A stretch of 64,000 bases of DNA from a virus. Positions 19,610 to 28,477 of the stretch are shown here, one piece after another. The DNA lies in the IMG/VR virus record IMGVR_UViG_3300047564_002155, positions 32,001 through 96,000 of that record, one strand, 5' to 3'. The stretch's first letter is position 1. Each line of letters opens with the position of its first letter. The notes under the pieces were generated by a model that worked only from the letters and a program-made list of their open reading frames with translations, made no database searches and was not told where the DNA came from. The translations under genes and the position numbers were made by a program.

Positions 19610-22600
19610 ATGGGAAATTTAATTAAAGAGTGGGTTAGGGGAATTCTTGTTGAAGAAGTAAAACAAGAAGTAGTAGTTTATGCTGGAAGGTTTCAACCAT
19701 TTCACAAAGGACACTACGCTACCTATGAACATTTGGTAAAAAAGTTTGGTAAGCAAAATGTCTTTGTTGGGACCTCAAATCAACAAGGTGGTCCAAGACA
19801 TCCATTTAATTTTAAAGAAAAACGAGAAATTATGATGAAGATGTTTAACATCCCATCATCACAAATTGTCCAAGTAAAAAACCCATACCAACCAAGTGAG
19901 GTTTTAAATAAATTTGATTCTAAAACCACCGCATTTATCACGGTAGTTGGTGAAAAGGATGAGGCTCGTTTGGGTGGTAAATACTTTAAGAAATACGATG
20001 GTAAGCCCGAAAGTGGATATCTTGATAACGGATATGTGTATGTATCCCCGGCACAACCAAACGCAATAAGCGGAACTGATGTTCGTAATTGGTTATCAGC
20101 ATCAGATGATTCTCAAAGAAAAGCTGGATTCAAGAAAGCATACCCAAAGTTTGACCCAAAGATTTACAATTTAATTTCAACAAGGTTAATGAAGATTGAA
20201 TCCGTAATGGAATCGTTCTTTAAATCATTTGATGTTGAATCTCTTTTAGAGGGCTCTCTTTATGGGGCAGATGCTGGTGAACCCGACACTATGTTTGTAT
20301 TGCCAGGAAAAACTCGCAAACTTGGAATGAAAAATCCAGGTCAAAAAGATGATGTGTGGTTTGTAAATGGTGGTTATGTTCAAATGCACTTTCCGGTAGC
20401 TGATGTGATTGTTTCACCTGATGCAAAGGGGTCATCTGATTACTACCAATATTCATCCAAACGAAATATCCGTAATAATACCGATTTGGAAATCCCACCC
20501 GTAAGTGATGACTTTACAACGGCTAAACAGGGTAGAAAACAAGTTGATGTTCAAGACCTCAAAACCGAAGGTTCTACTATGGGACCAATTTCACTTGATA
20601 TGGTTGATAATGGTCCTGCGTTTTCTTGGGCAAGTAAAGAAAAATACCAATCTGCAAATAACGAAATTGCAAAACGATTGGGATTTGAAGTAGTTGATTG
20701 GATGTTGGGAACTGACTTGGAAACTCAATTTGTTCAAGACCGACCAACACAAGTTTCTTACTATCCAAAAAGTAATAGACCTGCAAATAAAGACTACTCT
20801 GATTGGAAATCTGATATTGAAAAAACAGCCACCGCTGTTGGTGTTGAGTTTATAAATTTTCTTGATAAAAAACAAATTGGATTAAACGAAGACCTTTTCG
20901 GAACATCGTTAAAAATGAAACCATATGAAACCTTGATGGTTAAATCCGTTATTGAATTTATGATGGATAAGTATAATTTTAATGCAAAGATTATAGTAAA
21001 GAAAAAAGAAAAAGTTGGATTGATAGGTGATATATCCTTAAATTCAAATTCAGTAGATGGAAATAAATTTTATTTACACTTTAATCCCAATCAGTCATAT
21101 CAGAGAATAATTCAAACAATGATACACGAGTTGACTCATATCAAACAAGTTTCCAGAAAAGAATTATTACCAAATAAAGACTATACCGCAATACTTTGGA
21201 AGGGTAAAGAATACATAACTGCAAAAGACTATAATAAGTTAATGAAGTCAAGTCCTTCGGAGTATATCAAATTACCTTGGGAAGTTGAAGCTATTTCAAA
21301 TATGAAAAGTTTGTATCCTCAATTTATAAAATCAAAATATTGGTTGGGATTAAAGGGTAAGGACTCTACATTAGATTATATTATCAATACAAACGAAAAT
21401 GTATTAAAAGAATCTTTATTGGTTGAAGGTGGTGCGTATGGTCATATGGCTCACCCATTTGATACTGAAATGAATTTAACTTTTGGTGACTTAAAACAAA
21501 TCATCAACGGAGCCCTAACGGGCGAATTAGAACTTGCAAGAGAAAAGACCGATGGTCAAGCCCTTGCTATTTCGTGGAGAGATGATAAGGGTTTAATTGC
21601 AGCAAGAAACAAAGGACACCTTGCTAATCGTGGTGAAAAGGCATTGGACATTAGCGGTATTGCTTCAAAGTTTGGTGGTAGAGGTGGTTTGACCGACGCA
21701 TACAACTTTGCAATGAAAGACCTTACATCAGCTATCAAAGGTTTATCAAAAGCACAACGAGACAAAATCTTCAAACAAGGTGCAAAGTTTATGAACCTTG
21801 AAGTAATCTGGCCAACATCGGTCAATGTAATCCCTTATGGTCAAGCCCTTTTGGTATTCCACAATACGACTGAATACAACGAAGCTGGTATAGCTATTGG
21901 TGCTGACCAAAGTGATGCAAAGGTTCTTGCTGGGATGATTAAACAAGTTAATGCTGATGTTCAATCAAAATACACAATCCAAGGACCGCCGGTAACCCAA
22001 TTACCAAAGTCGCAAAAACTTACATCTTTAAAATCAAAATTTGATGGTCAGTTGAATAAACTTCAAAAAGAATTTAATTTGAAAGATACTGATGGTGTTG
22101 CAGAATATCACCAAAAGTGGTGGGAAAATTTTGTAGATACAAAATCACCATCAACACTTGATAACAAAACTAAAATGGGTCTTGTTAAAAGATGGGCGTT
22201 CTACGATAAAGGGTTCCGTTTGGACAGTAAAACCATCACCGACCCTAAAGTGTTGACTTGGGCTCAAGGTATAGATAAAAACGACCACGCCAAAATTCAA
22301 AAAGATAATATTAGACCATTTGAAGATATTTTCTTGGGTGTTGGTGCCGAAGTTCTTTCGTTTATGAGTTCAGTTTTAACTGCAAATCCTGATGCTGCTG
22401 TTAGAAGTATGAAAGACCGACTTGACCAAACAGTTAAGGACGTTCAAAAAGCAGGTGACCCAAAGAAAATTGCAAAACTAAAATTAGAATTAGAACGACT
22501 TGCCGCTATTGGTGGTAAAGACAAAATTGTTCCTAATGAGGGTATCGTATTTGTGTATAAAGGTAATACTTATAAACTTACAGGCACATTCGCACCACTC

Positions 22601-22633
22601 AATCAAATTTTAGGATTGTTCTACGGAGAATGA
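19610..22633 (+). CDS. Modular protein: HxGH nucleotidyltransferase + HExxH metallopeptidase-like + ligase-like (KxDG) domains
   Basis: 'GRFQPFHKGH' and 'ISGTDVR' (cytidylyltransferase-like); 'MIHELTHIKQ...PWEVEA'; 'EKTDGQAL', 'NEGIVF', 'YKLTG' (ligase-superfamily motifs I, IV, V). Confidence 0.7.
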   Translation: MGNLIKEWVRGILVEEVKQEVVVYAGRFQPFHKGHYATYEHLVKKFGKQNVFVGTSNQQGGPRHPFNFKEKREIMMKMFNIPSSQIVQVKNPYQPSEVLNKFDSKTTAFITVVGEKDEARLGGKYFKKYDGKPESGYLDNGYVYVSPAQPNAISGTDVRNWLSASDDSQRKAGFKKAYPKFDPKIYNLISTRLMKIESVMESFFKSFDVESLLEGSLYGADAGEPDTMFVLPGKTRKLGMKNPGQKDDVWFVNGGYVQMHFPVADVIVSPDAKGSSDYYQYSSKRNIRNNTDLEIPPVSDDFTTAKQGRKQVDVQDLKTEGSTMGPISLDMVDNGPAFSWASKEKYQSANNEIAKRLGFEVVDWMLGTDLETQFVQDRPTQVSYYPKSNRPANKDYSDWKSDIEKTATAVGVEFINFLDKKQIGLNEDLFGTSLKMKPYETLMVKSVIEFMMDKYNFNAKIIVKKKEKVGLIGDISLNSNSVDGNKFYLHFNPNQSYQRIIQTMIHELTHIKQVSRKELLPNKDYTAILWKGKEYITAKDYNKLMKSSPSEYIKLPWEVEAISNMKSLYPQFIKSKYWLGLKGKDSTLDYIINTNENVLKESLLVEGGAYGHMAHPFDTEMNLTFGDLKQIINGALTGELELAREKTDGQALAISWRDDKGLIAARNKGHLANRGEKALDISGIASKFGGRGGLTDAYNFAMKDLTSAIKGLSKAQRDKIFKQGAKFMNLEVIWPTSVNVIPYGQALLVFHNTTEYNEAGIAIGADQSDAKVLAGMIKQVNADVQSKYTIQGPPVTQLPKSQKLTSLKSKFDGQLNKLQKEFNLKDTDGVAEYHQKWWENFVDTKSPSTLDNKTKMGLVKRWAFYDKGFRLDSKTITDPKVLTWAQGIDKNDHAKIQKDNIRPFEDIFLGVGAEVLSFMSSVLTANPDAAVRSMKDRLDQTVKDVQKAGDPKKIAKLKLELERLAAIGGKDKIVPNEGIVFVYKGNTYKLTGTFAPLNQILGLFYGE

Positions 22634-22651
22634 TAAATTAAAATAAAAGTT

Positions 22652-23239
22652 ATGTCTAAAAAATTACAAAATGTTAAGGCGATTAAAGAAATGCTCGCCG
22701 GAACACACAAAACTCAAACAAAAACTACAATTGGCTTTGAAACTAAAGATTATGTAAGAAGGGAAGTTGGAGAACAATGGACCGATGAGTTTGGTAATCA
22801 ATGGGAACAAAAAAAAGGATACAAAGTTAAACTTGGTAAACTTTCAGAGGTTCGTAAAGAAGTTTCACAATTTTCAAATTGTCGTAAAGAAGTTTGTACT
22901 TGCACTACACCATCTCAAGCTGATAAAAAGATGATGGCATATCACGGAATGTGTTTGGATTGTGTGGTTGATATGGAACATCAATTACGAATTGAGGGTA
23001 AGTTTGAAGAATACGAAAGAAGTAAGGTTTTAGAAAATGCAAAAGCTTGGCTAAAACAAGCCGAAGTAGAAAAGGAAATCTTAAAATCAGCATTAAAAGC
23101 TCAATACATCCTTGAAGATGGTCGTGTTGAAGAGTGGGAGGGTGGAATGTCACCTGAAGAACTTGAGGCTAAAATTGATGCTGAATTTGAAAAATTTAAA
23201 ACGGATTTCATTGCCAAGTTAGAAAACGGAAACAATTAA
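22652..23239 (+). CDS. Hypothetical protein with Cys cluster (possible Zn binding)
   Basis: 'CRKEVCTC...MCLDC'; 195 aa; charged. Confidence 0.55.
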   Translation: MSKKLQNVKAIKEMLAGTHKTQTKTTIGFETKDYVRREVGEQWTDEFGNQWEQKKGYKVKLGKLSEVRKEVSQFSNCRKEVCTCTTPSQADKKMMAYHGMCLDCVVDMEHQLRIEGKFEEYERSKVLENAKAWLKQAEVEKEILKSALKAQYILEDGRVEEWEGGMSPEELEAKIDAEFEKFKTDFIAKLENGNN

Positions 23240-23268
23240 CCATACCTATTTATTTTGTGAGGTATTAT

Positions 23269-25812
23269 ATGAAAAGTAAAGAGTATTACATTCGTTTAGG
23301 TGAAGCGGTTCAAAAGCTAGAAGAAAAGAATTGCCCAACCGACCCATCAAAGTGGTCATATTATAAATCACAAGCAAAAGAAAAGTTTGATGTATATCCA
23401 TCAGCATATGCTAATGGGTGGGCTTCAAAACAATATGGTGATGCTGGTGGTGGTTGGAAGAAATGTGAAAACGAAGCTACTGATTCTCAAGAAAAAGAAT
23501 TTCATACTCAACTTGATAAGTTAGTTCACAAAACTTTTGGTAAAAGTCCGGAAGAAGAAAAAATGGATGAGAAGTTTGATAGAACTCACCTTGGTATTTT
23601 AAAATACGCTTATAAGGACATTGATAAAATCAATCCATCCGACCCAATGTATGTTAGAGTGGCTCAGATGTTGGATAAATTATCAAAACAGGAATTACAA
23701 CAATTGATTGATGCTGACATTAAGTTCATATCACTTCTTGCAAAGAATCGTTTATCAAAAAAAGAATCAGTAAACGAAGAAAAAGTAGATATGGAAGAGC
23801 TAGAAATGATGCTAAAGAAATTAAAAAAAGAGAATCCAGGTAAAAAAGTAACATACAGTTTTATTAAAGGTAAACAATACCCTAAAGGTTATGTTATTAA
23901 AATAAATGGAAAAATTTTAGAAGGTGAATCAGTAAACGAATCTCATTTTCAAGTTGGTGATAATGTCACTTGTCTTAAAAGTGGTATGACTGGTCAAGTT
24001 GTTGGGATGGATAAACCACACGGTGCGGATGATGAGGAATATTATACAGTTAAAAGACAAGATGGTGAAGTAATGAAATACTCACCAAACGAATTAAGAC
24101 TTACTGAAAACACTTTGAAAGAAGGTTTGTTCCAAGACATTATGAGAGCTGTTAAAAAAGGTGATGGTCCTTTCACTTTGGTTGTTATTAAGAACAACAA
24201 AGTAATTAAACAAGTAGAAGTTAAAACTCCACAAGCAATCCCTGCAAACTACTCTTCATTATTAAAAGATTTTCCTAATACGAGAATCAGAATAGAGGAT
24301 GCAACAGGTAAAATTGTAATGGGTGAATCGGTAAACGAAGCTAAGGCAATCGGAAAAAAGATATTCTCTGATGCTAAAGGAAAACTTTTCTTTGGATACC
24401 AAAATGATGATGATACTGTTCAACTTGTAGATTACAAAACTTGGAAAAAACTTCCAATGACGGACTTATCTAATGAGTTTATGGCTAACAGAATAATCAA
24501 CTCAATTGTTAGAAATGAAAGACAATTCAACAAAAAAGTTGAATACAATATGTGGTCTAAAAAGACTAACCCATCTTTTGAAGAGAGAATGGATTACTTC
24601 ATTAAAAACAATTGGATATCTAATATCACTAAAACTGGTATCAAAGAATCGGTAAACGAATCATCAATGAGTAATATTGATATTATCGCACAAGAAGCAA
24701 AAGATTTTAAAGATTTTGTGAAAGAGTTCTACAACGAATACAAAGATTTTCCAAAAGATAGAGATACTATTAAATGGTTAAAAGGTGTTTATGATAATAG
24801 AAGCACAAACGAATCGGTTGAATCATTAGATGAAAAATTACCAAATGAGTTTGCTACCATTCCTAATGATTCTCGTGTAGATGGTATGATGAAACATCTT
24901 CAGCACCATTTGGGTGTTATTAGTAAGAATGTAAAGACTGGTAAAGGTGTTTACAAAAAGGATTTGATGAAGATGGCAAACATCATTAAAGCCCTTCAAA
25001 TGTATGAATCAAAATCAGTAAACGAATCATCGGTTGAAATTGGTGATATCGTATTGTTCCCACCAGCGAATAGTGCTGCTACTGTTGTTGATAGGTTTGG
25101 TAGAAGTGTGACCTTAAAGTTGGCTAATGGTAAAAAAGTTAAAACCGTGGTTGATAAAGTTAAGTTATTAGCACAAGATAATGTAAACGAGGGTAATGCT
25201 TTCACAGGTGCTTTGTTCAAAGCTCGTAAAGAAGGTTTGACTGAATTTGAATTCAACGGAAAAAAATATCCGGTTCACAAACTTGAAGAAGAAAAAGAAG
25301 AAACTCTTGCTGAATCAAAATTGACCAAAGATTCTTTGAAGCAAATTATCAAAGAAGAATACCATAATGTAAAAACCTTTATGGAAGAAAAATACGGATT
25401 TACTCCTGAATTAGGTAAGGTATATTCCAATCTTGCAGCTAAACCTTTTTTAAAAGAAGAAGAGGAAGAGGTAGTTGATGAGTATGATGTAGAAAATTAC
25501 CAAGACCTAAAAGAGTTTGTTCAGTTTATGGCTGAATACAAAAGTGATATCAACGAGGCAGAATATCAAGGTAGAAAAGTAAAACTTGGTAAGATTATGC
25601 AAGGTGATGTTAAGAAATTCAAAGTATATGTTAAGAACGACAAAGGTAATGTTGTTAAAGTAAACTTTGGACAAGGTGGTGATGCTAAGGGTGGAACTAT
25701 GAGAATTCGTAAAGACAATCCTAAAGCAAGAGCATCGTTCAGAGCAAGACACAATTGTGATAACCCTGGTCCAAGATGGAAAGCAAGATATTGGTCTTGT
25801 CGTAAATGGTAA
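23269..25812 (+). CDS. Putative head-internal polyprotein of ESVNE-delimited modules
   Basis: Start more likely ATG 23269 (GAGGT upstream) than GTG 23257; four ESVNE plus KSVNE/NVNE/INE linkers separate about 12 unrelated 30-100 aa modules, two of them KOW/SH3-like. Confidence 0.65.
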   Translation: MKSKEYYIRLGEAVQKLEEKNCPTDPSKWSYYKSQAKEKFDVYPSAYANGWASKQYGDAGGGWKKCENEATDSQEKEFHTQLDKLVHKTFGKSPEEEKMDEKFDRTHLGILKYAYKDIDKINPSDPMYVRVAQMLDKLSKQELQQLIDADIKFISLLAKNRLSKKESVNEEKVDMEELEMMLKKLKKENPGKKVTYSFIKGKQYPKGYVIKINGKILEGESVNESHFQVGDNVTCLKSGMTGQVVGMDKPHGADDEEYYTVKRQDGEVMKYSPNELRLTENTLKEGLFQDIMRAVKKGDGPFTLVVIKNNKVIKQVEVKTPQAIPANYSSLLKDFPNTRIRIEDATGKIVMGESVNEAKAIGKKIFSDAKGKLFFGYQNDDDTVQLVDYKTWKKLPMTDLSNEFMANRIINSIVRNERQFNKKVEYNMWSKKTNPSFEERMDYFIKNNWISNITKTGIKESVNESSMSNIDIIAQEAKDFKDFVKEFYNEYKDFPKDRDTIKWLKGVYDNRSTNESVESLDEKLPNEFATIPNDSRVDGMMKHLQHHLGVISKNVKTGKGVYKKDLMKMANIIKALQMYESKSVNESSVEIGDIVLFPPANSAATVVDRFGRSVTLKLANGKKVKTVVDKVKLLAQDNVNEGNAFTGALFKARKEGLTEFEFNGKKYPVHKLEEEKEETLAESKLTKDSLKQIIKEEYHNVKTFMEEKYGFTPELGKVYSNLAAKPFLKEEEEEVVDEYDVENYQDLKEFVQFMAEYKSDINEAEYQGRKVKLGKIMQGDVKKFKVYVKNDKGNVVKVNFGQGGDAKGGTMRIRKDNPKARASFRARHNCDNPGPRWKARYWSCRKW

Positions 25813-25868
25813 TTATTAACATTGAATTACATACTTATTAGTAGTTTTAAATTAAATTGGAATAAACT

Positions 25869-26144
25869 ATGGAAACATTAAAGAAAGTTTGGAATTGGTT
25901 ACTTGGTAAAACTACCATTGATGAAAAAATCAAAGAAACCGTTGCCGAAGTTAAAAAAGAAGTAGCCGAAGTAAAGGTTGCTGTTGCAGAAGTAAAAGTT
26001 GCTGCTAAAAAAGTAGTAAAAGAAGCATCTGATGTAGCTAATGTAGTAGAAAAAGCTGCTCCTAAAAAGAAAAGATACTACCCAAAGAAAAAAGCTGCTG
26101 CTAAAACCGAACCAACTGCTAAAAAGCCGGCTGCCAAAAAATAA
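25869..26144 (+). CDS. Small Lys/Ala-rich (histone H1-like tail) protein
   Basis: Amphipathic N-terminus, VAEVK repeats, C-terminal 'KKKAAAKTEPTAKKPAAKK'. Confidence 0.55.
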   Translation: METLKKVWNWLLGKTTIDEKIKETVAEVKKEVAEVKVAVAEVKVAAKKVVKEASDVANVVEKAAPKKKRYYPKKKAAAKTEPTAKKPAAKK

Positions 26145-26489
26145 ATGAAACGATTCAATACTCAACAACTTGTAATTCTTGCTTTATTAGCTTTACTGGC
26201 ATATCAATTCTTTTTTGCTGGTAATCGTTACAAAAAAGATTACGAAAGAATGTTGAAAGAGCGTGAACAAGAATACAACACGCAGATTGAAAAGTTAGAA
26301 AGTCAATCAGATTCTCTTTTAAAAATCAATAAAGATATTGAAAAAGAATTAAAAAGAATTGATGGTCAAATTGGCAAAAAAGATGCTCAAATCAATAAGT
26401 TAAGGAAACAATATGAAAAAGATGTTGCTAAGCTTGACGCTATGTCTGATAACGACATTGCCGATGCTTTCACAGACGCTTTCAACTGA
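26145..26489 (+). CDS. Putative i-spanin-like membrane protein
   Basis: N-terminal TM helix (LVILALLALLAYQFFF) followed by a long coiled coil; 3' end overlaps the next gene in another frame. Confidence 0.5.
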   Translation: MKRFNTQQLVILALLALLAYQFFFAGNRYKKDYERMLKEREQEYNTQIEKLESQSDSLLKINKDIEKELKRIDGQIGKKDAQINKLRKQYEKDVAKLDAMSDNDIADAFTDAFN

Positions 26490-26820
26490 ATCTAACTTAA
26501 TTGCAGTTCCGAGAGCGGCTCTTGAAAACGCATTAAAGGTAAAAGCAGAACGTGACTTGTGTGTTAATGAATTACGATTAACACAAGAAAAGGTTGTTTT
26601 ATACTCAAAATCTATTGATTTGTATAAAGTTGAAGTTGAAAACTTAAATAAAGTTATTACTTCAAAAGATTTGGTTATTGTAGAAAAAAACAAAATAATT
26701 TCTCTAAAAGAAGACCAAATCAAAGTTTTAAAAAGAGAAAAATCTTCTAAAATGTGGCAAGGTCTTTTGGTTGGCTTTGCTGGTGGAGCTGCTACGGTTA
26801 CATTATTGCTCGCTCTATAA
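26413..26820 (+). CDS. Putative spanin partner (signal peptide, coiled coil, C-terminal TM)
   Basis: 'MKKMLLSLTLCLITTLPMLSQ' signal peptide; C-terminal 'WQGLLVGFAGGAATVTLLLAL'; 77-nt overlap with the upstream gene as in Rz/Rz1 pairs. Confidence 0.45.
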   Translation: MKKMLLSLTLCLITTLPMLSQTLSTESNLIAVPRAALENALKVKAERDLCVNELRLTQEKVVLYSKSIDLYKVEVENLNKVITSKDLVIVEKNKIISLKEDQIKVLKREKSSKMWQGLLVGFAGGAATVTLLLAL

Positions 26821-26830
26821 ATAAAAATGT

Positions 26831-28405
26831 ATGGCAAAAAGTTTAAAGGAACTTATTAGGGAAGAGTACATTAAATGTGCTAAAGACCCAGTGTATTTCT
26901 TTAAGAAATATTGTTATATCCAACACCCTCACCGAGGTAAAATTCTTTTCAATCTTTATGATTTCCAAGAAGATTTGATGAGGGAGTTTGATGACCACAG
27001 GTTTAATGTAATCCTCAAATCACGTCAGTTAGGTATTTCTACTCTATCCGCCGGATACTCTTTATGGATGATGTTATTCCACGAAGATAAAAACATTTTG
27101 GTAATTGCAACCAAACAAGAAGTAGCAAAAAACCTTGTGACTAAAGTAAGGTTTATGCACGAAAACCTACCAAGTTGGTTAAGAGGCCAAACCGAAGAAG
27201 ACAATAAACTTTCTTTACGATTGAGAAATGGTTCTCAAATTAAAGCAACATCAGCAGCAGGTGACGCGGGTCGTTCTGAAGCTCTTTCAATGTTAATTAT
27301 GGATGAGGCTGCGTTTATTTCCAACATTGAAGATATTTGGACTTCTGCTCAATCAACTCTTTCAACCGGTGGTAAAGCTATTGTCTTATCAACTCCAAAT
27401 GGTGTTGGTAACTGGTTTCATAAAATTTGGTTAAAAGGTGAGGCCGGTGATAGTTGGAATCCAATCAAACTTCACTGGACCGTTCACCCTGAACGAAACC
27501 AAAGTTGGAGAGATGACCAAACAAAATTACTTGGTGAAAAGGGCGCAGCACAAGAATGTGATTGTGACTTTATCAGTTCGGGTTACACGGTAGTAGACTC
27601 ATCAATTCTAACTTGGTATACTGAAACTTATATTAAAGACCCAATTGAAAAACGAGGATTTGATGGAAATTATTGGTTGTGGGAATATCCAAATTATTCT
27701 CGTGACTATGTAGTGGTAGCCGATGTGGCTCGTGGCGATTCATCCGACTATTCAGCATTTCACGTTATTGATATTGAAACCGTAGAACAAGTTGCTGAAT
27801 ACAAAGGTAAGATTGAAACCAAACAATATGGAGCATTCCTTACATCGGTTGCTGCGGAGTGGAACAATGCTATGTTGGTGGTTGAAAACGCAAACATTGG
27901 TTGGGCTGTAATCCAAGAAGTTATTGATAGAAACTATACAAACTTATATTACTCATATCGTGAGTTGGGTTATGTAGATGATGATGTCCACCTACGAAAA
28001 GGTTGGGACCTAAAGAAAAAAGAAGATATGGTTCCGGGCTTTACAATGTCTTCACGAACAAGACCTTTGGTGATTTCTAAACTTGATACCTATATGAGAG
28101 AAAAAACACCAATCGTTCACTCAAAGCGTTTAATTGATGAGCTGTTTGTATTCATTTGGAATGGTTCCAAGGCGGAGGCTCAACAAGGGTATAACGATGA
28201 CTTGGTTATGTCGTTCTCCACAGGACTTTGGGTAAGAGACACCGCATTAAAATTAAGACAACAGGGTATAGATTTAAGCCGTACCGCATTAACTCACATT
28301 TCAAAGACTCAAGGTGGTGTTTACAACGCCAGAATGGGACAACATAATCCTTGGGTATTAAAAGATGGTAGAGGTAATGATGTAGATATGACTTGGATAC
28401 TTTAA
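26831..28405 (+). CDS. terL: Terminase large subunit (T4 gp17-like)
   Basis: 'LYDFQ' Q-motif, 'KSRQLGIST' Walker A, 'LIMDEAAF' Walker B, 'STPNG', nuclease 'ADVARG' and 'DDLVMS'. Confidence 0.95.
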   Translation: MAKSLKELIREEYIKCAKDPVYFFKKYCYIQHPHRGKILFNLYDFQEDLMREFDDHRFNVILKSRQLGISTLSAGYSLWMMLFHEDKNILVIATKQEVAKNLVTKVRFMHENLPSWLRGQTEEDNKLSLRLRNGSQIKATSAAGDAGRSEALSMLIMDEAAFISNIEDIWTSAQSTLSTGGKAIVLSTPNGVGNWFHKIWLKGEAGDSWNPIKLHWTVHPERNQSWRDDQTKLLGEKGAAQECDCDFISSGYTVVDSSILTWYTETYIKDPIEKRGFDGNYWLWEYPNYSRDYVVVADVARGDSSDYSAFHVIDIETVEQVAEYKGKIETKQYGAFLTSVAAEWNNAMLVVENANIGWAVIQEVIDRNYTNLYYSYRELGYVDDDVHLRKGWDLKKKEDMVPGFTMSSRTRPLVISKLDTYMREKTPIVHSKRLIDELFVFIWNGSKAEAQQGYNDDLVMSFSTGLWVRDTALKLRQQGIDLSRTALTHISKTQGGVYNARMGQHNPWVLKDGRGNDVDMTWIL

Positions 28406-28431
28406 TTTGGTAGTGTAGTTTATTTTTTGTA

Positions 28432-28439
28432 TATTTATA
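28432..28439 (+). promoter_or_regulatory. Putative late promoter TATTTATA (portal)
   Basis: Recurrent intergenic motif. Confidence 0.5.
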
Positions 28440-28477
28440 GATTGTAAAAGTATACTCTTTTAGTTTAGAAAAACATT

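Noticed and set aside
23764-25026. ESVNE 15-mer repeats as a CRISPR array
   Set aside because: Repeat too short, spacing irregular (160-400 bp), all in frame within a CDS, and no cas genes in the window.
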